Shown here: positions 53,251-63,374 of the stretch, one piece after another
Layout: each line of letters opens with the position of its first letter
Position numbering within the stretch: position 1 is the first letter of the stretch
Source of the DNA: Pseudomonadota bacterium
GTDB lineage: Bacteria > Desulfobacterota > Binatia > UBA12015
Direction of reading: 5' to 3'
Assembly: GCA_005777805.1 (NCBI GenBank)
Contig: SXLG01000092.1
Location: forward strand, 3,344 to 67,343
DNA: 64,000 nt
Position numbers and translations under genes: made by a program
Notes under the pieces: generated by a model
What the model saw: only the letters and a program-made list of their open reading frames with translations
Database searches by the model: none
What the model was told of the DNA's origin: nothing

Positions 53251-56200
53251 ATGCAAGGTAGCGCCGCCGGAACCGGAACTCGGATGTCACGCAATGTCGC
53301 CATCTTCGCGTCTCGCGCCGCCGGGGCACCTGACCTGGGACAGCGCTGGCGCCGCGGGTCTCTGGTTTTGCTGGCCGCCCTGGTCGCGCTGAACGCGAGC
53401 AGCACGACGGCCGCAGCACTCACGGTTGAAGAGCTGGCCTGTCAAGGCATGGCTGCGACCCAGGCACGCGTCTACTTCGCTGCCGCGACGCGCGCCTACC
53501 GCACCTGCGGTCTGGCCATCGCTGCGGGCCAGCTTCCCGCAGCCACCGACTGCGGGGCGGACTCGGACGTCGCCGCCAAACTCGCCGCTGCCGACACGCG
53601 ACTCCAGACCGGACTCGCCGCCAAATGCACGGATACACTGGTCGACGGCGTGACCTTCGGCGAGGAATGCCACGGCGTGGCCACGCTCGACGAACTCGCC
53701 GACTGCATCACGGCCTCGCATGGCGACCGTGCCGCAGAGCTCGGGGCCATCGTGATCGGCGATGCTGCGGCCATCGCCGACCCTGACGCCCGCAAATGCC
53801 AAAAAACATCGAGCGCCAAGGCGGTCGCACTCGCCGTCAAGCGCCTTGCCCTGCTCGACGCCTGCCGCGGCAAGATCGCCAAGGGTCGCCTGCCCTCGGG
53901 CACCGACTGTGCCGCCACGGTGGCCCCCCTGATGGCGGAAACCCGCGTCAAGGCAGTCGATGTGCTCGCGACGACCTGCAACAACGCCATGGTGGTGGCG
54001 ATCGATCCCGGCGGCGATTGCGCCGCCGCGGATACCTTCGACGAGTTCATGGCCTGCTCACTCGGCGCCCATGCCAATAGCGTCGAGAGTCTCGTCGCCA
54101 CCGTCTGGGGCGCCTCCGCCTTCGGCCGCGACGCCTCGGCCGAGCTGCTCACCAGCGCGGAGAACTGCGTCGGCGGACCGCTCAGCCGCTGCCGGACGGG
54201 TGACTTCCTGCTCCAGAACGACCGCATCCGGGTGGTCGTGCAGTCCGCCCAGCGCAACCTGCAGGGCGTCGGCCAGTACGGCGGAAACATCATCGACGCC
54301 GATTTGCGGCGAGCGGCCGGCGACCCCGATCGCGACAACTTCGAGGAGTGGCAGTTCGCCCTCAACCTCGAGAACGCCGCGCACTACACCGACATCGTCG
54401 TGCTCAACGACGGCAGCGATGCCGGACCGGCGATCATCCGCGCCACCGGCGTCGACGACCTGCTCGACTTCGTCAACCCGAGTTCGGTCGTGGTCAACTT
54501 CGGCTTCCCCTTCCCGGCGGCCGCCGACGACACCAATCTGCCGATCGAGATCGTCACCGACTATATCCTCGAGCCGGGGGCCAACACGGTGCGCGTCGAG
54601 AGCACGGTTCAGAACCTCGGCGCGACGCCGCTCTCACTCTTCCTCGGCGAGTACATCAATGCCTCGGGACAGGTCGAGACCTTCCAGCCCGTCTATGGCT
54701 TCGGCGAGCCGCTGGTCACCACCGCATGCACCGCGAGCGTGACCAACGCCTGCAACTGGATCGCGTTTGCCCCTTATGGCGAAGCCGAGGGCGTCTCGTA
54801 CGGCTGGATCAACGAATCCCCGGGATCGACCTCGTTCTCGACCAGCGGCGTTACCGTGCCCATTCTCGGCAGCCAGGTGGTGCTCGCCTTGATCGGCGCG
54901 GCGGCACAGAACTTCACGCTTGCTGCACAGGGCGACGCGGGCGATGCGCTCACGATGCGGCGCTGGTTCGTGGTCGGCGACGGCTCGGTCGATGCGGTGG
55001 TGAACGCACGCAATCGCATCCAGCTCCTGCCCCAGGGCACGATCCAGGGCACGGTGACCGCCGGCGGGTCGGCCGCAGACGGCGCTCGTGTCTCGGTCTA
55101 CGGCGCCGCGGGAGCGCTCTCGCTGGCGGCCAGTTCGGCCCACGTCATCACGCAGGCCCGCACGGCTGCTGACGGCACCTTCAGCCTCTCGATTGCTCCC
55201 GGCACCTACGACGTCGTGGTCGACGTACCCGGCCACCCCTACCTCGGCGGCGGCGCGACACCACAGGCAACGACGGTAACCGTCGCCGCCGACGGCACGG
55301 CCGACGTCAACATCGATCTGCCCTCCGCCGCGACCCTGACCGTGAACGTGACCGACGAGACGGGCACCGCCCTCCCCGCCCGCGTTACAATCGTCGGTTT
55401 CGACTCAAGCTCTGAAGTCGTCAACGCACAGACGGTGCTGGGCCTGATCAGCAACCGCACCGGCGTGTTCCGTGACCGCCGCGACGCGCCGCCGCACGGC
55501 ATCGCCGCGGCACACTTCCTCGGTGTCGATGGCACTTCAGGCCCGATCACGATCGAGCCCGGCAGCTATCGCGTGGTCGCGTCGCACGGTCTCGAGTACT
55601 CGATCGACACCGCCGACGTGACGCTCACGACCGGCGGCAACACAACGCTCGACCTGCAAGTGGCGCCGGTGATCGACACCGCGGGCTTCATCTCGGCCGA
55701 CTTCCACGTCCACTCGATCGACAGCCCCGACAGCCGCGTGACACGGCTCGAGCGCGTGGTGTCGATGCTCGGCGAGGGCATGGACTTCTTCACGCCGACC
55801 GACCACGACTCGCGCCAGGATTTCAATCCGGCGATCGCGAGCGCGGGGGCTGTGGGCATGATCTCGGTCGTGCCCGGCGCCGAGATGACCACCTTCGACT
55901 ACGGTCACTTCAACGCCTGGCCGCTCGATATCAATCCGGCGCTGGTCAACGGCGGCTCGGTCGATCACGGCGGTGCTGCGCCGGCCGGACAAGACTTCCC
56001 CAGCTCTGGAAACTACAGCCTGACACCCGCCCAGATCGTCGCGGCCGCGCACGCCGACCCCGGCACCGACACCGTGCAGATCAACCATTTCTACAGCCAT
56101 TTCGGGCTTGGCGACTCGGGGCTCGCGATCGACACCGGAGTCGAGCCGCCGCAGTCGGCCGTCCCCGGGAGTGTGCGACGGCTCGATCCGGCGGTGGCGA

Positions 56201-57078
56201 ATTACTTCACCGACACCTTCGACGCGCTCGAGATTCTGATCGACTCGAATCGCAGCGACATCATCACCAACTTCTTCGGCCGCAACCTCGGCGACTGGTT
56301 CAACCTGATCAACCAGGGCATCGTCCGCACGGCCGTCGCCAACTCCGACACCCACCGCGTTCTGGGCACGCTCTCGGGCGTGCCGCGGACCATGGTCGCG
56401 TCGGCGACCGACGACCCCGGCGCGCTGGCGGCCATCGCCGAGACGCTGTCGGCGACCGTCAATGAGGGCCGGGCGATCGGCACCAACGGCCCGATGGTCC
56501 GCATCACCACCGAGGCCAGCTCGACCGGTCAGACAGGCGGGCTCGAACTCGGGCTGCCGCTCGAGATCGCGACCAGCGACGGCGCGGTCGACGTCACGGT
56601 CGAAATCCAGAGCCCGACCTGGGCGCCCTTCGACCGGGTCGAGTTCTACGTCAACCCGGTAACGACGCGCTCGTCCGCCCAGAAACAATCGGGCGCGGGC
56701 ATGGTGACGCTCACGAGCTACGCCGTGACCCCAACGGCCGTGCACAACGCCGGCAGCCAGTTCAACGTGTCGTCGGTGAATGTCGACCCGAACGTGCCGG
56801 GCGCCTCGCGACTCGAAGCGACCACCACCCTCTCGCTCAGCGGGCTCACCGAGGACGTCTGGGTCGTCGCGATCGTGCGTGGCACCGACGGCATCTCGGC
56901 GCCGCTCTTCCCGGTGCTGCCCTTCGACCTGCGCACCACCGGCAACACGACACTCGCTCACCTCACCGACGGCAACCTTGGCGAGCAGGGCGTGCCGGCG
57001 GTGGCCTACACCAACCCACTCTTCATCGACGTCGACGGCGGTGGCTGGACGGCCCCGGGAGTTCAGGTCGCGCCGTGA
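53251..57078 (+). CDS. Large secreted protein: N-terminal Cys-rich helical module, beta-sandwich/carboxypeptidase-regulatory-like domains and a PHP-type (CehA/McbA-like) metallohydrolase domain
   Basis: AGGAGG lies 7 nt upstream of the ATG at 53251. Signal-like text: SLVLLAALVALNASSTTAA. Module: GTIQGTVTAGG..ADGARVSVYG...DGTFSLSIAPGTYDVVVD. PHP-like text: FISADFHVHSIDSPDS...FFTPTDHD...ANSDTH. Confidence 0.85.
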   Translation: MQGSAAGTGTRMSRNVAIFASRAAGAPDLGQRWRRGSLVLLAALVALNASSTTAAALTVEELACQGMAATQARVYFAAATRAYRTCGLAIAAGQLPAATDCGADSDVAAKLAAADTRLQTGLAAKCTDTLVDGVTFGEECHGVATLDELADCITASHGDRAAELGAIVIGDAAAIADPDARKCQKTSSAKAVALAVKRLALLDACRGKIAKGRLPSGTDCAATVAPLMAETRVKAVDVLATTCNNAMVVAIDPGGDCAAADTFDEFMACSLGAHANSVESLVATVWGASAFGRDASAELLTSAENCVGGPLSRCRTGDFLLQNDRIRVVVQSAQRNLQGVGQYGGNIIDADLRRAAGDPDRDNFEEWQFALNLENAAHYTDIVVLNDGSDAGPAIIRATGVDDLLDFVNPSSVVVNFGFPFPAAADDTNLPIEIVTDYILEPGANTVRVESTVQNLGATPLSLFLGEYINASGQVETFQPVYGFGEPLVTTACTASVTNACNWIAFAPYGEAEGVSYGWINESPGSTSFSTSGVTVPILGSQVVLALIGAAAQNFTLAAQGDAGDALTMRRWFVVGDGSVDAVVNARNRIQLLPQGTIQGTVTAGGSAADGARVSVYGAAGALSLAASSAHVITQARTAADGTFSLSIAPGTYDVVVDVPGHPYLGGGATPQATTVTVAADGTADVNIDLPSAATLTVNVTDETGTALPARVTIVGFDSSSEVVNAQTVLGLISNRTGVFRDRRDAPPHGIAAAHFLGVDGTSGPITIEPGSYRVVASHGLEYSIDTADVTLTTGGNTTLDLQVAPVIDTAGFISADFHVHSIDSPDSRVTRLERVVSMLGEGMDFFTPTDHDSRQDFNPAIASAGAVGMISVVPGAEMTTFDYGHFNAWPLDINPALVNGGSVDHGGAAPAGQDFPSSGNYSLTPAQIVAAAHADPGTDTVQINHFYSHFGLGDSGLAIDTGVEPPQSAVPGSVRRLDPAVANYFTDTFDALEILIDSNRSDIITNFFGRNLGDWFNLINQGIVRTAVANSDTHRVLGTLSGVPRTMVASATDDPGALAAIAETLSATVNEGRAIGTNGPMVRITTEASSTGQTGGLELGLPLEIATSDGAVDVTVEIQSPTWAPFDRVEFYVNPVTTRSSAQKQSGAGMVTLTSYAVTPTAVHNAGSQFNVSSVNVDPNVPGASRLEATTTLSLSGLTEDVWVVAIVRGTDGISAPLFPVLPFDLRTTGNTTLAHLTDGNLGEQGVPAVAYTNPLFIDVDGGGWTAPGVQVAP

Positions 57079-58361
57079 GGCGGAACCTTCCTCACCGGCA
57101 CCGGATCTTCTACCCGACCCTGCTCCTCGGCACACTCGCCGCCACCCTCGCGGTGGCGGCGGGTGGGACTCTTCCCGCCCGTCTCGCCGGTGCCGACGTC
57201 CTCGTCGAGGGCTCGGTCACTTCGATCTCGGACGTGGCCGACGGACGGCTACGTGCAGCTCAGGTCCGTGTCGCGCGCGTGCTCCGCGGGCCGGCCGTCA
57301 AGGATGAGGATCTCCGGGTCATCGAGGAGCGTCCGCTCGCCTCGCTGCCGCCCGCACTCGAGCAAGGCGACGAGGTGGTGCTGGCGCTGCGGCGCAAGCC
57401 ACGCAGCTCGCTTCTCGATCAACACCTCGGCGGCGGCCCCTATCTCGAACTCATCGACGGCCGTAGCGGCGCACTGCATGCGGCCGACGTGACCGGGCGC
57501 GCGGCGGCGGGCACCCTGGCCGCGGACTGGCTCGTCTGGAGTGCGCCCGCCGACCTGAGCCCGGACGAACGGAACACAGCGGAGCGGGCACTGCTGGTGC
57601 GTACGCTCGCCCTCTCGGACCGCGCCGCGGCCGCGGACGCAGCGCGCGCGCTGGCCGGATTCGCCCCGCTCGGGGCCACAGCCAGCGCCGCGGACACGCC
57701 GGGGCTCGTCGTGCTCGGAGCCCACCTTGCCGCCGCCGACAGCACCGAGGGCGAACTCCGCGCCTTCATCGTTCTCGCCGGGCACAGCAAACATGCTTCG
57801 CTGCTGGCGCCCCTCGAGGCGGTTCCCGAGCGTCGGCCCCGGCTCGCCGCAGAGGTCTGGGACGCGCTCGCAGCCTTCGCCGCAGCACCCGACGAGCGTG
57901 CCCTGCGCCGTGCGCTGGCGAGCGACAAACCCGATCTTCGTCAAGCCGCGGCGGCGCGACTTTCGTCGAGCAGAACGCCGAGTGGGCGCGAGTTCGCCCG
58001 GGAAGCGGCCCGCGCCGACCCCTCGCCACAGGTCCGGGGCGCACTGGTCGCTCTGCTGGCGCAAAGCCCCGACCCCGCCGATGCCGCTGTCGTCGAGGAA
58101 AGATTCCGGGCGGATGCCGATCCCGCCGTGCGCGAGGCGGCGGCGCGCGCCCTCTTCGAGCGGGGCGATGATCGCGCCGCCGGAGCCTTCGCCCGCGTCG
58201 CTTTCGAGGGCGAGTCGCCCGAGCAGATGCGCGCCGTGGCGCTGCTGCGCGCGCTCGGCCGCAAGCAGGACGAAGCCACGATCCAGCGCATCGGGCGCGA
58301 CCACCCCGACGCCAAGGTGCGCGACCTCGCCCAGCACGGACTCGACATCCATGAACACTGA
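57075..58361 (+). CDS. HEAT/PBS-lyase-like repeat protein with an N-terminal signal/anchor
   Basis: The GTG start overlaps the upstream stop (GTGA at 57075-57078). HEAT-like repeats: DKPDLRQAAAARL, DPSPQVRGALVALLAQS, DADPAVREAAARALFERGD, HPDAKVRDLAQHGL. Confidence 0.8.
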   Translation: MRRNLPHRHRIFYPTLLLGTLAATLAVAAGGTLPARLAGADVLVEGSVTSISDVADGRLRAAQVRVARVLRGPAVKDEDLRVIEERPLASLPPALEQGDEVVLALRRKPRSSLLDQHLGGGPYLELIDGRSGALHAADVTGRAAAGTLAADWLVWSAPADLSPDERNTAERALLVRTLALSDRAAAADAARALAGFAPLGATASAADTPGLVVLGAHLAAADSTEGELRAFIVLAGHSKHASLLAPLEAVPERRPRLAAEVWDALAAFAAAPDERALRRALASDKPDLRQAAAARLSSSRTPSGREFAREAARADPSPQVRGALVALLAQSPDPADAAVVEERFRADADPAVREAAARALFERGDDRAAGAFARVAFEGESPEQMRAVALLRALGRKQDEATIQRIGRDHPDAKVRDLAQHGLDIHEH

Positions 58362-58484
58362 GCGGTGGCCGGTGAATCTCGGTGGTGCGCCCGAGCCGTC
58401 CCGGCGTGCCGCGGACTCGACAGCCATGAGCACGGAACGTGGCCACGCCCGCGCGCCACGACACAGGCGCAGCAAGGTAAACGG

Positions 58485-59054
58485 ATGGGCGACGCGGTGA
58501 AGTTCGGCGGTTCTGGCCCCGCCCTGCGACACGGGCGCAGCAAGGCCTCCGGCCGCCGCGGGCAACACCGCTGGTCCACCCGATTCACACCCGGGCGACG
58601 CCGCCTCCGGCCCGCCGTCGCGCTGGCATTGGGCCTGCTGCTCGGCGCCCGGGATGTCGTGCGGCCCGCGGTGGTTTTGGCCCACGAATCCTCCCGCGCC
58701 GCGGTGCGCGAGCTCGTCTACCTCCGCGGTCGGGTGCAGCCGGCCGATGCGGCTCTGGGCATCGGGCACGTGGTCGCGCTGCGCTTCGGTCGCACGCAGC
58801 GCCGGCTCGAGATCGAGAGCTGGCAGATCTTCGTGACGCTCGCCGCACCGGGTGGCGAGGCCAAAGAGCCGGTCACGCTGGATCTCGAAGGACCCCGCGG
58901 CTTGGAGGCGGCCCTCGCCTCGGCCACGCCCGGCGCCCGTGTGACGATCGTCGGCGAGCGCGGCCTGCACGGCTCGAGCCTCTTCGTCGCCGCGCTCGAC
59001 GTCTGCGCCTGCCCCGCTGATACCGGCCGGGAGCATCCCGCGCGCCTCCCCTGA
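58485..59054 (+). CDS. Hypothetical membrane-anchored/secreted protein (189 aa)
   Basis: ATG at 58485 inside track ORF 58365..59054. Basic N-terminus, hydrophobic LRPAVALALGLLLGA, then ordinary globular text (VYLRGRVQPADAALGIGHVVALRFGRTQRRLEIESWQIFVTL...). Same strand as, and directly downstream of, the HEAT gene. Confidence 0.5.
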   Translation: MGDAVKFGGSGPALRHGRSKASGRRGQHRWSTRFTPGRRRLRPAVALALGLLLGARDVVRPAVVLAHESSRAAVRELVYLRGRVQPADAALGIGHVVALRFGRTQRRLEIESWQIFVTLAAPGGEAKEPVTLDLEGPRGLEAALASATPGARVTIVGERGLHGSSLFVAALDVCACPADTGREHPARLP

Positions 59055-59428
59055 AGACCGCGACGCGACGTGCACCGGGTGCACGTCGACGGGGCCAAGG
59101 GCGTCACGGCCCCTAAAATCGCGCCCGATTCGACGCGACGTGCACCGCCGCGATCGTCCGCCCGCGCGTCCTCGAGGTTGCGCGCCTTGTCAGGGCGGGG
59201 CTTCCCGCCACCGCCGGGACCGTCCGGGCCAGGGGCCGGCGCGTCCCCCTAAGGCCTTTGCTCGATTTGACCGATGAAGGGACTGGGTCCGGCTGCGCCG
59301 CTGCGGCACGGGAACCCGGTTCACGTTCCATTCGCGCCCGTGCGAACAGAGCGCCGTTCAGCGTTCCTCCCGCAGGGTCGCGGGAAACGCCCGGTTCTTG
59401 CTTCCAACGATTGACTGGAGGAACTTCC

Positions 59429-60346
59429 ATGAGGACCTCACCCCTGCCCTGGCTCCACGCGCTGATCCTCGCCGGAGGAGACGGCACCCGTCTGCGCGAC
59501 CTCACCCGCCGGATCTCCGGGACGCCCATCCCCAAGCAGTACTGCCGCATCGACGGCGAGCGCTCACTGCTCGAATCGACGCTCGATCGGGTGGCGCCGC
59601 TCGCGCCGCCAGAGAGGACGTTGGCGATCGTCAATCGCAATCACCTGCCGCTCGCCTCGGGCCAGCTCGCGCGTCTGCCCGAGAGCAACGTGGTCGTTCA
59701 GCCGGCCAATCGCGACACCGGCCCCGGCATCCTGCTCTCGCTGCTCGATCTCGAGCGCCGCGATCCCAACGCCTGGGTCTGTCTCTTCCCGAGCGATCAC
59801 TACATCGCCGACGGCGGTGCCTTCCGCAGCGCCGTACTGCGCGCGGTGCATACCGTGGCCCAGCACCCGCATCGGCTGGCGCTGGTCGGGATCGCACCCG
59901 AGCACGCCGACACCGGCATGGGCTACATCGAACCCGCGGCCCCGCTGGCACCCACCGTCGATGCACGAATCCTCGCCGTGCGGGCCTTCGTCGAGAAGCC
60001 GACCCCGGATCTCGCCCGTTCGCTGGTCGGCCGTGGCAGCCTGTGGAACTCCTTCGTGCTCGTCGGCAGCGTGGCGCGGATGCTGGAACTGCTCGAGCGC
60101 GAGCGCCCCGCCGACGTGGCAGCCATGCGCGCCGCGATCCAAAGCCCGACCGATCTCGAGCGGGCCTACGAGACGCTTGAACCGTGGAACTTCTCGAGCG
60201 GATTTCTGAGTCTGATCGCCGACGAACTCGCGGTCGTGCGAGCCGATGACACGGGCTGGTGCGACTGGGGTACGCCCGAAGCCATCGAACGCACCTTCCT
60301 CGCCGAAGGTCGGACGCCGAGCTGGCTCACGCCGCGCGCCGCCTGA
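59429..60346 (+). CDS. Sugar-phosphate nucleotidyltransferase (mannose-1-phosphate guanylyltransferase-like, N-terminal domain only)
   Basis: GGAGG RBS upstream of the ATG at 59429. Text: ALILAGGDGTRLRDLTR....PKQYCRIDGERSLLESTLDRV...VVQPANRDTGPGILL...LFPSDHYI...LVGIAPEHADTGMGYIE...FVEKP. Confidence 0.85.
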   Translation: MRTSPLPWLHALILAGGDGTRLRDLTRRISGTPIPKQYCRIDGERSLLESTLDRVAPLAPPERTLAIVNRNHLPLASGQLARLPESNVVVQPANRDTGPGILLSLLDLERRDPNAWVCLFPSDHYIADGGAFRSAVLRAVHTVAQHPHRLALVGIAPEHADTGMGYIEPAAPLAPTVDARILAVRAFVEKPTPDLARSLVGRGSLWNSFVLVGSVARMLELLERERPADVAAMRAAIQSPTDLERAYETLEPWNFSSGFLSLIADELAVVRADDTGWCDWGTPEAIERTFLAEGRTPSWLTPRAA

Positions 60347-60376
60347 GACGGCGACGGGAGGCCCGTCCCCGGAGCC

Positions 60377-61126
60377 TCACGAACCGGCCGCGAGCAGCTT
60401 CTGCTCGGAGGCGTCGAACTCGCTCACGATCCTGCGATGGACAATGAGCGGGATGTGCAGCGTGAAATCGATCTTGCCGTGGCGCACGACCGGGCCATCG
60501 GGCGTCTGCGTGAAGCAGAGGTGGACCGCCAGCGCTTCCAGACCGAAGGGATGGTCGGCCAGCGTGCCCTCGGTGCCGAGCAGGCGAAGGTCGTCCACCG
60601 CGACGAAGAGGTTGCCATCGAAGTGGCGCACCGTCCGGTCGCGCGGCGTCACGCGGATCCGCCAGCTCTCGACACCCTCGAAGCGAACCTTGCCCGCGAG
60701 TTCAAATTCATAGTTGTGCGGCCCGTCAGGCCCGAAGATGCGCAGCGGCGGCGCCAGCCGGTCCTTGTCGGCGCAATCCGACGGCTCGACGACCTCGCCG
60801 TCGATCTCGCAACGGAGGATCTCGCGGCGGGGATTCTCCCCCACGCGCCCCCAGGCCCGCTGGTCGATGAGACGGTGGCCGAGAAGCGTCCCGTCGTCGG
60901 GGTCCATCTCGCGAATCCGGACCTTGCGCCGCGATTCCTGAATCGGGTAGGCCGCCTCGAAAGCGGACATCTGCGTCACGACCTGTTTCACGATCGCCGG
61001 CCCGTCGATCCCGGCGGGGACATCGGCCGTCTCGGCGCCGGCCGGGCTGCCGCCAAGCGCCGTGGCGACCAGCGCCAGCCCGGTGGCAAATCGGAGCGCG
61101 GCGCGCGGCGCCGATAGGAATCTCAT
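60377..61126 (-). CDS. Secreted hypothetical protein (possible LolA-like fold)
   Basis: ATG at 61126 (MRFLSAPRAALRFATGLALVATALGGSPAGA signal peptide) inside track ORF 60377..61291. Globular beta-rich text. Family not recognised with confidence. Confidence 0.7.
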   Translation of the reverse strand: MRFLSAPRAALRFATGLALVATALGGSPAGAETADVPAGIDGPAIVKQVVTQMSAFEAAYPIQESRRKVRIREMDPDDGTLLGHRLIDQRAWGRVGENPRREILRCEIDGEVVEPSDCADKDRLAPPLRIFGPDGPHNYEFELAGKVRFEGVESWRIRVTPRDRTVRHFDGNLFVAVDDLRLLGTEGTLADHPFGLEALAVHLCFTQTPDGPVVRHGKIDFTLHIPLIVHRRIVSEFDASEQKLLAAGS

Positions 61127-61247
61127 AATTGATCGACCCGGCCGCGGATCATGCGGGCCTCGGTCGCAACCCGCACTCGTGCCGGGCGCCGTGGCCTGAA
61201 GGTCGCACGCGACGGAGATCCTCTGGTCACGGACGAGGGCGGGCTGC

Positions 61248-62768
61248 TCATCGCGCCGCACCCGCCACGCCGGGTCCGAGGGTGGCGGCATCGCGCGCCG
61301 GCGGCTCGTTTGCCGGATGAAGCGTCACGAGGAACGCCACCAGCGCATCGACCTCGGCCGGCAAGAGGTTCTTGCCGTAGGCAGGCATGTCACCGTCGCC
61401 CTGGATCACCTGCCGGATGAGCTGGTCACGCGTCAAGCGTGTCGCGACGTCATCGAGCGCCGGTCCACGCTGACCGCCCGCGCCACCCAGTGCGTGACAG
61501 TTGCGGCACTGGCGCGACTGAACGATCAGCGCCCCCTGCAACTGCAGCGGCGTGCGCCCCCGAACCATCTCGACCGGGGTCGGAGTGGCACTCCAGGCGT
61601 CCATCTGGGGCGACCACGGCGAGCGGATGCCGAGCCAGGCAAGCGTGCCGAGCGTCACGAACACCGTCACGACCAATATCCATGCGCCCGGCCGGACCTT
61701 CCAGCTCTTCTCGCCCGTTCCCGAGTAGAAAGGCAGCGCCACAGCCAGCAGGAAGAGCACCGGCGGTGCCGCCAGCATCAGCGCCGTCTCCATGTAGGCC
61801 GGCAGGAGGGCAAAGGCGGCAAACAGCGGCAAGAACCAGAAATCGGGGCGCGGCAGGGTGTTGATCAGCGTCGGATCGGGTTCGCCGTTCGGGCCCGAGG
61901 GGCCGAGTACGGCGGCACACGTCACCAACGCCACCATCACCAGCCCCGAGAACACCAGATCCTTCTGGACGCCGTCGGGAACGAAGGGCTCGCCGTCCTC
62001 GGCGACGAGCTGGTGATATTCCTCGAGGTAGCGCTCGCGCGTCACCAGACGTCCCGGCATGGGCCACTCGTTGATCCCCACCTTGAGGACGAGCCAGAGG
62101 TGGAGCGCAACGAGGGCCAGCAGCAGCGCGGGCACGACGAAGACGTGCAGCGTGAAGAAGCGCGACAGGGTCTCGGCCGCGATGATCGGCCCGCCGAGCA
62201 TCAGATCGACCACGATGGCCCCGACGAAGGGGAAGCGGCCCGCGATCGCGGCTCCGATGCCGAGGCCCCAGTAGGCGTCCTGGTCGAAGCGCATCACCTG
62301 CCCGGTGAACGCCATCGCCAGCGTGAGCAGGAAGAGAAAACAACCCACGACCCAGGTCAGTTCGCGCGGATATTTGTACGCGCCGAAGAAGAAGACCTGC
62401 ACCACATGGATCGTCATCAGGGCGACCATGAAGTTCGAGCCCCAATAGTGCAGCGCGCGCAGGAACCAGCCTGTGGGTTCGCGGTAGGTGAGCCACTCGA
62501 GACTCGCCCAGGCCTCCGCCGCCGACGGCGAGTAGACCAGCGACAAGCATATTCCGGTCACCAGTTGCAGCACGAAGCAGAGAAGCGTCGCGCTGCCGAA
62601 AACGTACCAGAAGCTCGCCGAGCTGCGCGGCACGTGATGCGCCAGCTCGGGCCAGATCTGCTCGCTGAAGCGCAGGCGCGCGTCGAGCCAGGCGCCGAGG
62701 CGCCCGAGCCGCCCGGGTGTCCCGGTTGCGCCGCCCGGGACGTGCGTGTCGTCGTCGTTGCTTGCCAT
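61248..62768 (-). CDS. Cytochrome b of a bc-type complex, fused to a subunit-IV-like region and a C-terminal monoheme cytochrome c domain
   Basis: Cytochrome b text: FWYVFGSATLLCFVLQLVTGI, RALHYWGSNFMVALMTIHVVQVFF, TGQVMRFD, SRFFTLHVFVVPALLLALVALHLWLV (four bis-His heme ligands). Extra TM helices follow. C-terminal heme-c site: CRNCHALGG...MPAYG. Confidence 0.9.
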   Translation of the reverse strand: MASNDDDTHVPGGATGTPGRLGRLGAWLDARLRFSEQIWPELAHHVPRSSASFWYVFGSATLLCFVLQLVTGICLSLVYSPSAAEAWASLEWLTYREPTGWFLRALHYWGSNFMVALMTIHVVQVFFFGAYKYPRELTWVVGCFLFLLTLAMAFTGQVMRFDQDAYWGLGIGAAIAGRFPFVGAIVVDLMLGGPIIAAETLSRFFTLHVFVVPALLLALVALHLWLVLKVGINEWPMPGRLVTRERYLEEYHQLVAEDGEPFVPDGVQKDLVFSGLVMVALVTCAAVLGPSGPNGEPDPTLINTLPRPDFWFLPLFAAFALLPAYMETALMLAAPPVLFLLAVALPFYSGTGEKSWKVRPGAWILVVTVFVTLGTLAWLGIRSPWSPQMDAWSATPTPVEMVRGRTPLQLQGALIVQSRQCRNCHALGGAGGQRGPALDDVATRLTRDQLIRQVIQGDGDMPAYGKNLLPAEVDALVAFLVTLHPANEPPARDAATLGPGVAGAAR

Positions 62769-62783
62769 GCCCCGGATTCCCGC

Positions 62784-63374
62784 TCAGACGTCGGCAGAGA
62801 GCGTGGGCAGACGGCCACCCCGCACCCAGATCGCCTCGCCCCGGACCTCGACTTCGTACTCAAAAAGTCCGCGCGGCGGCGGCCCCGAGGCGCGCGAGCC
62901 GTCCTCGTAATAGACGCCGCCATGACACGGGCAGAGGAAGAGTCGCGACTCCTGGAACCAGCGCACCGGACAGCCGAGATGCGCGCAGTTGATGGCGAAG
63001 ACCTGGAAGGTCCCGCCCTCGACATGACGGACCCAGCAGGGGATCTTCGCCGTCACGCCATCCCAGGGTACACGAAATGGATTCTCGTACTGGGCCAGCC
63101 GGGTCTCGCCGGCCGGAAATCCCGCCACCGAGCCGAGTGGAATCCACGCTTGCTCGGCACGCCGCCGCAGGGGCGCGGCGAGGTAGCCCAGGATGGGAAT
63201 GCCGATCAGCGTGGCACCGAGCACATTGAGCAGCACGCCGAGCCGGGTCAGGAACTGCCGCCGCGTCGTGTCGGGGCCGCTCGTCAACGTTTGTTCGCGC
63301 ACGGCCTCTCCGATGCCAGCCGGGTCATGCTGCTCATCTCGCGAGGAGCCGCTCATCTTCGTTGGTTCGCTCAC
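62784..63374 (-). CDS. Rieske iron-sulfur subunit of the bc-type complex
   Basis: Tat-like RRQFLTRLG and a TM helix. Rieske boxes: CAHLGCPV and CPCHGGVY. The GTG start overlaps the upstream stop (GTGA). Confidence 0.9.
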   Translation of the reverse strand: MSEPTKMSGSSRDEQHDPAGIGEAVREQTLTSGPDTTRRQFLTRLGVLLNVLGATLIGIPILGYLAAPLRRRAEQAWIPLGSVAGFPAGETRLAQYENPFRVPWDGVTAKIPCWVRHVEGGTFQVFAINCAHLGCPVRWFQESRLFLCPCHGGVYYEDGSRASGPPPRGLFEYEVEVRGEAIWVRGGRLPTLSADV

